Assembly: GCA_018818885.1 (NCBI GenBank)
Contig: JAHIRB010000007.1
Coordinates: 121,089-185,088, forward strand
DNA length: 64,000 nucleotides
Reading direction: 5' to 3'
Source of the DNA: Patescibacteria group bacterium
GTDB taxonomy: Bacteria; Patescibacteriota; Patescibacteriia; Buchananbacterales; SURF-54
Part shown: piece after piece, positions 21,322 to 32,400 of the stretch
Position numbering within the stretch: the first letter of the stretch is position 1
Layout: each line of letters begins with the position of its first letter
Notes under the pieces: model-generated
Seen by the model: only the letters and a program-made list of their open reading frames with translations
Told to the model about the DNA's origin: nothing
Database searches by the model: none
Program-made: the position numbers and the translations under genes

Positions 21322-23016
21322 TTATTCTAGTTTTATCTTTGGTAAATAATAAATGTTAAATGCTGCTTGCCCTATCGGATTATAAATTACTTCCTGCGGT
21401 TGTATACCTGATGCTAAGATGTTTTTTTCAATTTCTTCAGAAGCATCAGAAATGTATTCTTGAGTATTTGGCAACACGTTTTCAGTCATTCTTATAAAAT
21501 ATATACCATCTAAACCAAGAGCGTTTATTACTTCGTCACCTCTTTCCATATTTAGTATTTCTATTAAATCGTTAGTGGAAATAATAGGTATATTATAGTA
21601 CATTGATTTTGATTTTAAATACCATAAAAAGGCAAACCAATTATAATTATAATCATAAACATATAATGTGCCATGCGTATATTTGACAACATCTTTATAA
21701 TCATTTAAAAGATAAATATCTTTTTCTGCTAGAATTTCTCTTGGTTTTTGAAGATTTTCTTTCCCGATCTTATCAACCAGCCAATCATTTAATTGATTGT
21801 ATCCAGAATTATCTAGTCTTATACCTGAATAAAGTAATCTATTTTTACTAATAGGTTGATATAGATGGTTTGTATTAATACTAAAGATAAGCAAATAAAT
21901 AACAAATAAACCTAGTATTGGAACAAAAATTACCTTTTTTATTTTAATCAGCCTATAAAAAAGATATGATAACGCTAAATATACAAAAGGAGTATACACA
22001 GAAAGCATTCTAGAAGCTGGGCTAGCAAAAACAAAAAATACTGTGACAAAAATCAAGGCTAGAATTAACGGTAAGTGCTTTTTTGTTTTTTTAATGATTG
22101 ATTCTAAGGCAATGTATGCTAAACCAAGTAATGACAAAATGAACACTGGCATGGGTATTGCTGATTTAAGAGTAGAAAATGTAGTTTTAATATTATACAA
22201 ATAATTGCCTCCAACACTCTGTTCTGAAAGCACTGGCCAATCACTCAAATCTTGATTAAAAAGCACACTAAACTGCAAATCAAAATGTCCCCTGGTTTTA
22301 TAGACCATGATGTTGTAAACCACTACTGGTGAAATCAATATTAAAAAAATAATTATAGATAAAATAAATTTCTTGTTCTTTATAATCTCAACCTTATTTT
22401 TAGAAAATAACCACCATATCAAAAAAACAGGGACTGAAAACAATGCTGTATACTTAGTAAGCAATGCCAGGCCAAAAGCTATAGACCAATGAACAAAATA
22501 TTTATGATTATTTAGCGCCTTACTAAAATACAAAATAGAAAGAATTAAAAACAAAATCAGTATTCCTTCTAAATACCCTGCTTGGCTAGCCCATATATGA
22601 TAGCTTGATACTGCTAACAATAATGACGAAATGATGCCTACCTGCTTGTTATACAACTGCTTACCTAGATAGTACAAAGCTAGTACTGAAAGTACACCAA
22701 ACAACGCATAGGGTAAACGCGCTACTAATAAACTCACGCCAAAAATTTTAAAGAATATAAATTGGATAATAAAAGCTAAAGGAGGATGATCGTGAAATGA
22801 AAGTTTCGACCACAAAGGCATAGTACCAAACCAATAAATCGGTGAGGTTTGTTTTTCCGAAACCATTATGTCGTCGTAACCGATTGATCTAAATGAGTAC
22901 GTAGCGGGATCAGAAATCATGTCTGCGCGAGTTAAAGAAACAAATCTTAACACTGATGCTAAAATTATAATGGCAACAATTATGACTAAAACTTTATTGT
23001 TTAATAAATATTTCAT
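21322..23016 (-). CDS. GT-C fold (ArnT/PMT-like) polyprenyl-phosphate-sugar-dependent glycosyltransferase
   Basis: N-terminal TM then SDPATY, DHPPL, ARLP, LLTKY; many TM segments. Confidence 0.8.
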   Translation of the reverse strand: MKYLLNNKVLVIIVAIIILASVLRFVSLTRADMISDPATYSFRSIGYDDIMVSEKQTSPIYWFGTMPLWSKLSFHDHPPLAFIIQFIFFKIFGVSLLVARLPYALFGVLSVLALYYLGKQLYNKQVGIISSLLLAVSSYHIWASQAGYLEGILILFLILSILYFSKALNNHKYFVHWSIAFGLALLTKYTALFSVPVFLIWWLFSKNKVEIIKNKKFILSIIIFLILISPVVVYNIMVYKTRGHFDLQFSVLFNQDLSDWPVLSEQSVGGNYLYNIKTTFSTLKSAIPMPVFILSLLGLAYIALESIIKKTKKHLPLILALIFVTVFFVFASPASRMLSVYTPFVYLALSYLFYRLIKIKKVIFVPILGLFVIYLLIFSINTNHLYQPISKNRLLYSGIRLDNSGYNQLNDWLVDKIGKENLQKPREILAEKDIYLLNDYKDVVKYTHGTLYVYDYNYNWFAFLWYLKSKSMYYNIPIISTNDLIEILNMERGDEVINALGLDGIYFIRMTENVLPNTQEYISDASEEIEKNILASGIQPQEVIYNPIGQAAFNIYYLPKIKLE

Positions 23017-23699
23017 TATTTAAATCTCCATCTAAATAAAATCCATAAAGCTTGCACTCCGTCTTTCCATCCGATTTTTTTACCTTCTAAAAAACTTCTT
23101 GGTTCATAATGTATAGGAATTTCTGCAATTCTGACTTTATTTTTTAATATTTTTGCAGTGAATTCTGCTTCTATACCAAAATCGTTTGATTCAATATTAA
23201 TATTTTGTAATACTTCTTTTTTAAAAACTTTGTAACAGGTTTCAATATCAGTTAATTTTGTTCCATATAATATGCTAGCAGTTTTACTAATTACCCAGTT
23301 ACCTAAATAATATCTCTTATATCCTGTATCATTATTACCCTTCATTCGCGATCCATAAACAACATTAGCTACACCTTTAAGAATTGGCGCTACAAGTTTT
23401 TCTAACTCACGTGGATGGTACTCTAAGTCTGCATCTTGTATAGTAATTATCTCACCAGTGACATTTTTAAATCCAGTTTTTAATGCACCTCCCTTCCCTA
23501 AGTTATTCTGGTGATAAATAACTTTATATTTATCCTCTACAGTTTGTAAAAAATCTCTTGTGCCATCGGTGGAGCCATCGTCAACTATGATTATTTCCTT
23601 CTCTAGGTTCTGAATGTTGGTTTGGTCAAGGCGCGATAAAACTTCTTTAATGTATTTTATTTCGTTATAAACTGGAACTATAATGGAAATTTTATTCAT
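23016..23699 (-). CDS. GT2 family (Dpm1-like) glycosyltransferase
   Basis: IIVPVYNE, VDDGSTDGT, NLGKGGA, QDADLEY, TDIETCYK, EGKKIGWKDG. Confidence 0.92.
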   Translation of the reverse strand: MNKISIIVPVYNEIKYIKEVLSRLDQTNIQNLEKEIIIVDDGSTDGTRDFLQTVEDKYKVIYHQNNLGKGGALKTGFKNVTGEIITIQDADLEYHPRELEKLVAPILKGVANVVYGSRMKGNNDTGYKRYYLGNWVISKTASILYGTKLTDIETCYKVFKKEVLQNINIESNDFGIEAEFTAKILKNKVRIAEIPIHYEPRSFLEGKKIGWKDGVQALWILFRWRFK

Positions 23700-24826
23700 G
23701 ATTTTAAAACTTCAATTGTTTTAGTCATCATTTTTTCAAAAGTAAAATTTTTTAAAACTTTTTCTGAATTATATACAAATTTTTCTCTTAATTTTGAATC
23801 CTTATTTAAATTTAAGATTGCATCTTTTAATTGATTTTTGTTGTTATATTCAATTAAAATCCCGTTTTCGCCCATTTCAATTAATTCCGGATTACCTCCG
23901 ATATTTGTAGTAATTATAGGAGTATAAACTCCCATAGCTTCTAAAATTGTATGCGACAAGCCTTCATAAGCTGTGTTTAAAACAAAAACTCCTGCTTGTC
24001 TAAGATACTTAAAAACTTCATAGCTGCTCATATTTCTAATTTCTACACATCGATTTAGATTCTTCTTATCAATCAAAACTTTTAAATTTTTTTCTTCTGG
24101 GCCACTTCCCCCAATGATTAACTTAAAATTAGGGTTTTCCTTTAATAATTCTGGCATTGTTAAAATTAGAGTTTCAAAGCCTTTCCATTTTACTAGTCTA
24201 CCAATAGATACAATCAAATTATTTTGTCTTTTTATCTGTATATCTTTTTTTATATCCTCATATTTCGTAACTGAATTATAAACTACTTCAATATGACTTT
24301 CTGACACGCCCCAGCCACTAACAATTTTTTTTAAATATTGACTCGGCACAATTACTTTGTCAGCTTGCTGGCAAACTTGCTTTTCGATTTTTTGGAGCTG
24401 ACCAATTCTTCCAGATAGTGTTTCTTTTTGAAATTCATCAATACCCAACTTTGTTATTTCTAAATTACTCGCGCGCTCCCATGCATAATCCCCTACTACC
24501 TTTACTATTAGTTTCTTTTTTAAAGCCCTGCTGACCTTCAACGCTGGCAATCCTGAACCAACTGGACCCATGGCATAAATAACATTACAATCCTTTGCTA
24601 GCTTTTTTAAGGTTGAATAATATTTTTTGTAATGTAAAAATTTTAATTTACTTCTTTTCACTCGTGTGACATAATCTGGATCACTATCAACTTTGCTTGA
24701 ATCGCTATAACAAATAAGTTTAACTTCCCAGTAACGCTTAGCCAACTCTTCTGCTAATTTCTTACTATATGTGGCGGGGCCTCCTATATCTGGGGGGAAA
24801 ATTTCTGCTGCTATAACTATTTTCAT
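23696..24826 (-). CDS. GT4 family glycosyltransferase
   Basis: PPDIGGPATY, GRLVKWKG, YEGLSHTILEAM. Confidence 0.9.
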   Translation of the reverse strand: MKIVIAAEIFPPDIGGPATYSKKLAEELAKRYWEVKLICYSDSSKVDSDPDYVTRVKRSKLKFLHYKKYYSTLKKLAKDCNVIYAMGPVGSGLPALKVSRALKKKLIVKVVGDYAWERASNLEITKLGIDEFQKETLSGRIGQLQKIEKQVCQQADKVIVPSQYLKKIVSGWGVSESHIEVVYNSVTKYEDIKKDIQIKRQNNLIVSIGRLVKWKGFETLILTMPELLKENPNFKLIIGGSGPEEKNLKVLIDKKNLNRCVEIRNMSSYEVFKYLRQAGVFVLNTAYEGLSHTILEAMGVYTPIITTNIGGNPELIEMGENGILIEYNNKNQLKDAILNLNKDSKLREKFVYNSEKVLKNFTFEKMMTKTIEVLKS

Positions 24827-25941
24827 ATTGTATTAAAAATTTCGTTCATTTTAGATGCTATGTTTTCCCAACTATACTGCGAAATAACCAACTGATGACC
24901 ATTGTTTACTATTTCTTTTCGTAAATTTTCGTCGCTGAGCAGTAAATTAATTTTTTCTGCAATTGATGATGGATTTTTGACCTCGCAAAATAAACCAGTT
25001 TTTCTTTCGTCTAAAAAATCTGGTATCCCTCCGACTGGTGTTGCAATAACAGGCACCTTCGCCGCCATGGCTTCTAAAAATGAATTACCAAGTCCTTCTG
25101 ATATTGACGGTCGTATAAAAATATCTGATATAGCTAAATATTGCGGGATATCTTTATGGTCCAGTTGACCTAAAAAAACCACTTTATTGTGATTTCCAAT
25201 TTCGTGTGAAAGTGCTTTAAGTTTTGTTTCAAGCTTCCCAATACCAACTATAAGTAGGCGGACGTTTAAATTTTTGACTGCTCTGATTAAATCAGATATA
25301 GCGTTTTTTTCGACTAACCTCGAGATAGTTATTATAATTTTTTCCTTTGGCTTTATTTCTAAAGATTCTTTTAATTTTTGTTTGTGCTCGCTACTGAATT
25401 CTTGCGTGAATACATCAAGATCAACTCCGTTTGGGATTATATCTACCTTACCCTTGTATCCATATTTTCTGGCACGTTTTTCTAAGTAATTACTTATTGA
25501 TTGTATGCGATCAGCTTTGGTGTAAACTTTCTTATATAATAGATACCAAAACCATGTTCGCTTCCACATAAATTTTTCTGTATCCCCGCTTTGGAGAGTA
25601 AGCAGATATTTTGTATGAGTATTTTTAAGTTTATAAAGTAACGCTGCTAAACCAGCATAGTTAGCCATCATGGCCCATACTATATCGTAATTCTTATTAA
25701 GTTTATTTGCTTTTTTTACAGCGCGAAATGCAAATAAGTACTTATCTAATAATCCACCACTACCAACTCTAGTAACGTTTATGTTTCCAATTTTTTCTTG
25801 AGAAGGCAACTTCTTATCAAACTTTGCAGTAATAAGGTCAAATTCGCAATCACTAATTCTATCTGTGATTTCTTTAATAGCAACTTCTGCTCCTCCAACA
25901 AATGGAAAATATGTTATTGAAAAAATTAAAACTTTTTTCAT
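24823..25941 (-). CDS. GT4 family glycosyltransferase
   Basis: VGGAE, SRLVEKN, SEGLGNSFLEAMAA. Confidence 0.9.
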   Translation of the reverse strand: MKKVLIFSITYFPFVGGAEVAIKEITDRISDCEFDLITAKFDKKLPSQEKIGNINVTRVGSGGLLDKYLFAFRAVKKANKLNKNYDIVWAMMANYAGLAALLYKLKNTHTKYLLTLQSGDTEKFMWKRTWFWYLLYKKVYTKADRIQSISNYLEKRARKYGYKGKVDIIPNGVDLDVFTQEFSSEHKQKLKESLEIKPKEKIIITISRLVEKNAISDLIRAVKNLNVRLLIVGIGKLETKLKALSHEIGNHNKVVFLGQLDHKDIPQYLAISDIFIRPSISEGLGNSFLEAMAAKVPVIATPVGGIPDFLDERKTGLFCEVKNPSSIAEKINLLLSDENLRKEIVNNGHQLVISQYSWENIASKMNEIFNTI

Positions 25942-25947
25942 GATAGT

Positions 25948-27210
25948 TTATAGAGTTTTATATGCAAAGCCTAGTTGCTTTGCTTGTGCTTTGTCATAAA
26001 AACCTTTTACATCGTAGAGTATTGGATTTTTATTAGAAATATTTTTGAGATCTTCAAGTTTAATTTTTTTGAATTCATCGTGCGGTGAAAACAAAATAAT
26101 ACAATCAAACGAATCTTCTGGTGGCCACTTGGTTGTATTAACCTCAAAACTATTATTGATATAATCATCTTCAATCAAAGGATCATATCCTACAACATCA
26201 GCTTTAACTTGTTTCAATCCAGTAATTATTTCTTTGGCTCGACTGTTTCGTGTATCTGGCACGTTTTCTTTAAAGGTTAAACCCATTACTAATATTTTTG
26301 ATTTACTCACAACTTTATCTGCATCACTTATCATCGTGACAATTTGTCTAACTACGTGTTTGGGCATGTAATTGTTAATTTCACGACCAGCCAAAATCAC
26401 CTTAGGGTTGTAATCTAGTTGCGTTGCTTTGTATGTCAAGTAGTACGGATCTACGGGGATGCAATGTCCACCCACCAAGCCAGGAAAATACTTATTAAAA
26501 TTCCACTTAGTCCCAGCTGCTTCAATTACTTCTTTTGTATCAATTCCCATGCGATCAAAAATCAGTGAAAGTTCATTAACTAACGCTATATTTAAATCAC
26601 GCTGGATGTTTTCGATAACTTTTGCTGCTTCTGCAACTTTTATCGATGAAGCAGAGTGTGTTTTGGTTAATTTTGAATAAACTTCATCTACAATCTTTAA
26701 AGTTTTGGAACTATCTCCAGATATGACCTTGTAGATTTTATCTATAGTATGTTCTTTGTCTCCTGGATTAACTCGTTCTGGCGAATACCCTACTCCAAAG
26801 TTTTTTCCAAATTTTAAGCCTGATTCTTGTTCTAATATTGGAACGCAGATTTCTTCGGTACAGCCTGGATAAACCGTACTTTCGTATACCACAATTGCGC
26901 CTTCTGACAAATTACGTCCAACTATTTCTGTCGCTGACATAACTAAACTTAAATCTGGTTGATTATTATCATCAATTGGAGTCGGTACCGTGATAATGAT
27001 AAATTCGGCTTCTTTAATTTTCTTCTCATCAATAGTGTACTCAATATCAAATTTCGATATATCAGGCACTTCATCTGTTACGTCAATACCTTTTTTAAGT
27101 TCATCAATTCTTTTTTGCGATACATCAAAACCCAAAACTTTATAATGTTTAGAAAGTAAACTAGCCAGTGGCAAACCCACATAACCCAGACCAACAATGC
27201 ATATTTTCAT
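25948..27210 (-). CDS. UDP-N-acetylhexosamine dehydrogenase (WbpO/TviB/WecC family)
   Basis: GLGYVGLP, YESTVYPG, SPERVNPG, AEAAKVIEN, GGHCIPVDPYYL, FKENVPDTRNS. Confidence 0.92.
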   Translation of the reverse strand: MKICIVGLGYVGLPLASLLSKHYKVLGFDVSQKRIDELKKGIDVTDEVPDISKFDIEYTIDEKKIKEAEFIIITVPTPIDDNNQPDLSLVMSATEIVGRNLSEGAIVVYESTVYPGCTEEICVPILEQESGLKFGKNFGVGYSPERVNPGDKEHTIDKIYKVISGDSSKTLKIVDEVYSKLTKTHSASSIKVAEAAKVIENIQRDLNIALVNELSLIFDRMGIDTKEVIEAAGTKWNFNKYFPGLVGGHCIPVDPYYLTYKATQLDYNPKVILAGREINNYMPKHVVRQIVTMISDADKVVSKSKILVMGLTFKENVPDTRNSRAKEIITGLKQVKADVVGYDPLIEDDYINNSFEVNTTKWPPEDSFDCIILFSPHDEFKKIKLEDLKNISNKNPILYDVKGFYDKAQAKQLGFAYKTL

Positions 27211-27211
27211 A

Positions 27212-27330
27212 TCCGGTAGTAGTCCCGTAAATGGGATTTATAATTTTTATTAATCATACTCATATCCTTATATATTTAATTATTTAGTTGTTTAATAGTG
27301 ATATTAATTATTACGGGATCACTACCTTAA
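27212..27330. mobile_element. Degenerate MITE-like element related to 13852-13938
   Basis: GGTAGTAGTCCCGTAA (27215-27230) / TTACGGGATCACTACC (27311-27326), 14 of 16 complementary; CATA at 27208-27211 and 27331-27334. Confidence 0.5.
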
Positions 27331-27460
27331 CATACCTTGATTAATTTATGAATTTAATTTAATATCAAAAGATAATTAGACTAAAATAACTAAAAATCAG
27401 CTTGTCTAATTAGCTGTAATACCCTATTATTATTATATAAAACCTTATTTACGTCAAGTT

Positions 27461-28588
27461 ATGAAAAATAACAAAAAACTAAAGATATTATACCTTGTTA
27501 CCCAGTCTGAAATGGGTGGTGCACAAAAGTATATTTTTAATTTAGCAACTGCATTGAAGGAAGAATTTGACGTAATTGTTGGTGCTGGTGGACAAGGTGA
27601 ATTACTCAATGAACTAGCAAAAAATGGTGTCAGAACGATTAATCTTTATTTTTCACGTTCAATAAGTAATCCAATTAAAGTTATATCTGAATTGATTAAA
27701 CTAATCATCATAATAAAAAAAATAAGGCCAGATATCGTACACCTCAATAGTAGTAAAATGGGAGTTGTGGGAAGTATAGCCGCAAAAATTGCCGGGGTAA
27801 AAAAAGTTTTTTATACAGTACACGGTTTTGTTTTTAATGAACCCATGCCTAAGGTGGCAAAAAAGTTTTATATTTATATTGAAAAATTATCTGCTTATTT
27901 TAAAGACAAGCTAATTTGTGTTTCAGAATTCGACAAAAGCCAAGGCATTAAATTTAACATAGCTAAATCTAACAAATTAACTGTTGTACATAATGGCATA
28001 AACACAAATCTTAACTTTATGACAAAAGATGAGGCAAGAAAAAAACTAAATATACATGCAACAAATGTCATAGGTACTATCGCCAACTTCTATCCTACAA
28101 AAAATTTGTTAACATTAATACAAGCAATACCCAAAATTAAAGAAAAATTTCCAAACATTAAATTAATAATTATTGGAGATGGCCTACAAAAAAAATTAAT
28201 TTTAAATCAAATAACAGAACTAAGCCTAGATGACAATGTTATTTTGATTGGTCAAAAAGAAAATGCGTACAAATATTTACCTGCATTTGATATCTATGTC
28301 TGTACTTCTGTAAAAGAAGGTTTTCCGCTTTCTATACTCGAAGCCATGTTAGCAGAACTACCTATTGTTTCAACAAATGTAGGCGGTATACCAGAGATGA
28401 TAACAAACGACTACAGCGGAATGCTAGTTGACCCAAAAAAACCAAATTTATTAGCAGAAAAAGTAAATAAATTAACTGTTGAAGATGATAACGCTAAAAG
28501 ACTTGGCAAGGCAGCTAAAAAAATAGTCTTAGAAAAATTCAATCTTCAAAATATGGTCAAAAATACCAAAACGCAATATTTAAAATAA
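27461..28588 (+). CDS. GT4 family glycosyltransferase
   Basis: MGGAQKY, HLNSSK, TVHG, EGFPLSILEAM. Confidence 0.92.
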   Translation: MKNNKKLKILYLVTQSEMGGAQKYIFNLATALKEEFDVIVGAGGQGELLNELAKNGVRTINLYFSRSISNPIKVISELIKLIIIIKKIRPDIVHLNSSKMGVVGSIAAKIAGVKKVFYTVHGFVFNEPMPKVAKKFYIYIEKLSAYFKDKLICVSEFDKSQGIKFNIAKSNKLTVVHNGINTNLNFMTKDEARKKLNIHATNVIGTIANFYPTKNLLTLIQAIPKIKEKFPNIKLIIIGDGLQKKLILNQITELSLDDNVILIGQKENAYKYLPAFDIYVCTSVKEGFPLSILEAMLAELPIVSTNVGGIPEMITNDYSGMLVDPKKPNLLAEKVNKLTVEDDNAKRLGKAAKKIVLEKFNLQNMVKNTKTQYLK

Positions 28589-28598
28589 TTCCTCACAT

Positions 28599-28640
28599 AA
28601 AAAACAACCCTGCCTCTCGCAAAAGGCTGGGTTGTTTTTT
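28599..28640. terminator. Bidirectional intrinsic terminator
   Basis: AAAAAACAACCC / GGGTTGTTTTTT between convergent genes. Confidence 0.75.
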
Positions 28641-28643
28641 GTT

Positions 28644-29345
28644 TTATTTGCCTAATTCAATTTTTAAGGCATTATATGCTCTTTTCACTTCTTCATCTGA
28701 TGGATCGATTTCTAAAATTTTTCCATATAAATCGTACGCTTCTTCACTGCGATCTGTTGTCACATATACATATGCCAGTAATGATAAATATTCTGTATTT
28801 TCAGCATGCTTTTCTAGACGCCCTTTCATGAATTCTTCCGCCTTATCATAGTCTTTTAAATGATAAAAATATATTTCCCACAAACTTCGTGCGTACAAAG
28901 GATGGAATACATCTTGCTCTGAATTTTCTATTGCTATTAAGTAGTTAGCAATTGATCTATCATAATCTACTATATAATTAGCGTATAAATTCCCTAAATT
29001 ATTAAAAGACGGACTATTTTTAGGCCTTAATTGACCTGCATATATCCAGGTCTTTTCTGCTAGTTCGTAATTACCTATTTTCCTATGTATAGTACCAAGT
29101 TCTAGCCAGCCGTCAAAAAAATCAGGATTAGAATTTAATTTTTCTCTGACAACTAAAAAGTCGTTGAAAGCTTTATCTTGTTCATACTGATTAAGATCTT
29201 GATTTTTAACTTCAAAAACTATTAATTCACTATAATCGTATGCTGATTCATTAACATTTTCCTTATTTACTTTAAGAAAAAACAGTGCACCTGCAACAAT
29301 AATTATGATGATTACTGAAATAATTATGGTATTTTTCTTGTTCAT
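28644..29345 (-). CDS. Membrane-anchored TPR-repeat protein
   Basis: N-terminal TM helix; TPR-like repeats WLELG...GNYELAE, NNLGNLY, LLAYVY...EEAYDLYGKILEIDP. Confidence 0.8.
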   Translation of the reverse strand: MNKKNTIIISVIIIIIVAGALFFLKVNKENVNESAYDYSELIVFEVKNQDLNQYEQDKAFNDFLVVREKLNSNPDFFDGWLELGTIHRKIGNYELAEKTWIYAGQLRPKNSPSFNNLGNLYANYIVDYDRSIANYLIAIENSEQDVFHPLYARSLWEIYFYHLKDYDKAEEFMKGRLEKHAENTEYLSLLAYVYVTTDRSEEAYDLYGKILEIDPSDEEVKRAYNALKIELGK

Positions 29346-29402
29346 TATAATTAAATTATTTTATTAACTTAATAGATATTAACATACATTTTAAATAAAA
29401 AC

Positions 29403-29432
29403 AATTCAGCCCCGCCAAGGCGGGGCTGAATT
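29403..29432 (-). terminator. Strong hairpin terminator after the S-layer-like gene
   Basis: AATTCAGCCCCGCC-AA-GGCGGGGCTGAATT; the minus strand continues into a T-rich run. Confidence 0.75.
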
Positions 29433-29461
29433 TATTTCAACGAGTCTAACGAATTCAAGAA

Positions 29462-32400
29462 TTATGAGGTGATTGCAGCACTAGAAGTTGCTTGTAATTT
29501 ACCACCGTTTTTCTTAGGCAACAAGTATCCATTGGTCCATTGAAGGGTTCTGGATGCTGTTGTAGATGATAAATTTTGTGTGACTGTTAGGTCACCCCAG
29601 ATAAAGTCTGCTTCACCTGTGCTAGCCTCTAAACCAGCAGTGGCATCATCAAGCTGTAGCATTGCTGCTGAATTTGGAATAACATCTGCAGCAGCTCCGT
29701 CACCAAGTAATGACACGCTAATAGATCCGTCGCCAGCTGAACAACTCTTATTGTCGTCGTTAGAGCTTGAACAATCTACTGTAGCTCTAAGAGTAAATGT
29801 TGTTTCAGTACCAGCAGCAACTCTATAAGGGACTACATCGTCTCTATTTGAATCAGGAGCTGTTCCGTCATCAGTAAAGAGGAATGATGCTATACCTTGA
29901 CCGCTTAAGTCACTAGCACCTGAATTTGGATATAAATCCCAAGTGGTAGTAGCAGCTACTGTTTCAGTTCCATCATAGAGATAAGGAGAAGAAACTGTAG
30001 AAACGGATGTTGCGAACAAGAAGCTTAACTTGTACAAGGCAATGTCACCTGCACTATCAGCTCTTACTGTTAATTTGTACAAATCGGTAACAGCTTGTCC
30101 AGAAGGCATACTTCCAGCAATTCCTGTGGTTTGTTCGTCTTCTGGTGTGATTGTAGGCACACTCTTGTAGACATAGTAGGAATTGAATGTTGGTACTTGT
30201 CCAAGAGTTACATCAGTACCTGATTCAGCACCTTTTGCATTTACATCTCCAACAGCATTAATCTTTAGCTGGAATCCTTGGCCAGAACTTCCCTTTGATC
30301 CGTTCTTTGCATCAACGTTAGATGTGTCTACTTTAAAGGTGTAGTCAGTACTTACGCTGTGTGGAACTACCAATGGATTACTAGTCATTTCTAGTAATTG
30401 AGTTACATTGGTTCCATCAGTAGCAGATGGCGTTCTTTGTTTAACTAATGTACTTCCATCATACAAGTATAACGAATCAATTTGATCCCAACCGCCAGAA
30501 TTAACTGCAGCGGCAGTAACATAGATAGATTCTATGTTAATGTCTTCGTACATTGCATCTGCTGTCATAACACCTACAGTAATACCATCAGTATTTCTTG
30601 GTAGTAATCCTGATTTAGGATTTGCAGCAGCTTTAACTAGTTCTAAGGTTCCAACTGCTACAATTGTTTGTGCAGTACCATGGCTCTGGATATAAGTTGG
30701 AGTAACGGTATTTCCAGTTGATGCGCCAGTAGCACTAACTGCGCCGTCTGCAATACCCATTTGGAATATGTCATCAGCTGCAGCGGAAGAATCAACATTT
30801 GCCTTACCTGTTAAGGTAACTTGTGTTCCTTTTGTAACAACTAATGTTTCCGACAAAGTATGAGTGGAAGTTGCAGGATTGGCATTACCTGCTAAGCCAG
30901 AAGTAGCGTCACTAGTAATTTCTAACAAATCATCACCATTGTAAAGTTCAATGTTTGATAACAAGTTAGTAAAACCAGTTGTTGAATCTACACGAACACC
31001 AATTTGTGAGACTCTAATATCTTCTGAAGATGCAGAAGCATCTAAGACGATATTAACAAAAGTATGTCCCAAAGTTCCGGCTACAATGGTTTGAACAATT
31101 GGATCTGGTGTAATGCTTACAGTTAAAGTGCCTGCTTTTACAGTATTGATAACTGATGACTGAACAGTAGCAGGTGTAGCAGTAACGGAATCTCCACTGA
31201 CTTCACCAGTTGCTGTAATCTGAGCAGGTACAACTTGCACTTGTATAGTGTCATTAAGATCAATATCAGTATTTACATCACCTTTAACAGTGTAAATGTT
31301 TTCTCCTACTGGAACTGTAATAGTATCAGTAGTGGTAGCACTTGCGTGATATACAGTTGTTGATTCAACAGTTTCGGTAGTACCTAGATCTTGTGGTCCA
31401 GCTACAACATTACCATCTGGATCGTAAATAGTTAGATTGGTAATATCTGTAGTACTTGAACCACTACCAGCAGTAGCTTGGGTTAATTTCACAATCCAAC
31501 CAATTGCTGTGATTTCTATTGGTTCACCTTTGGCAGTAAGCTTAAATGAACCTAATGTTTCTTGAGTTGAACCTTCACCAATATTTATTGTGCCAGTAGC
31601 ACTTGGAGCAACTTTTAATGTTCCTTGGCCAATGGTGTGTGCAGTACCATTAATTACAGGAGATGCTGCATTAGCACCACTGCCTGCAGTTAATGTAACG
31701 TAAACTGAATGATCTGCATCCCAAACTAAAATATCAGTAAAGTTTTTGATGTGTAAGTCTATGGTTCGAGTTGTTCCACCTGCAGCATCACCTCTGGCCA
31801 TATAAGATCTATTTTGTCCAGAAGTAATTGTTGGTTCAGATCCTTCAGCAAATGAATGGAAAACCTCTTTATTATCCATAGCAGATGTTTGCAACACTGC
31901 ACCATTTTGATCAACTAAGTCTATATTTTCTACATCAGAATCACCTGCAGAACCGTTTTGTGTCCATTTAATCTGTTTAACCTTTAACCCTGATGGGTTT
32001 GTGCTACTAGAACTGGAATTAGTAATCTTAACTTCTGTGAAATTAACATTTTCTTTTCCAATTTCTGGTGCACTGTCAGTTGATGGATTAGATGGGCCAG
32101 TACCTAAAGTACCAGCAGCAATAGTAACAGTTGCATTTAAGTTCTGGTAGTTACCAGTAATTGGCAAGGTACCAATTAACGAAGCACCAGCTTTTAAGGT
32201 CATGGATGCTAATGTTAGTGATGGAACTTCTCCAGCATAGCTAGCCATAAGTGCAAGTGTTGTCATGTTACCTGTTAAAGCCAATCTTTTAGTAGAACCA
32301 GCAGTAACTGTTACATCATCGTTCAAGGTTGATTGATGAGTAGCATTCAAACTTTTGTTAAGTCCAATTTGCTGGTTTGTTGTTCTGTCGATAACAGCGA

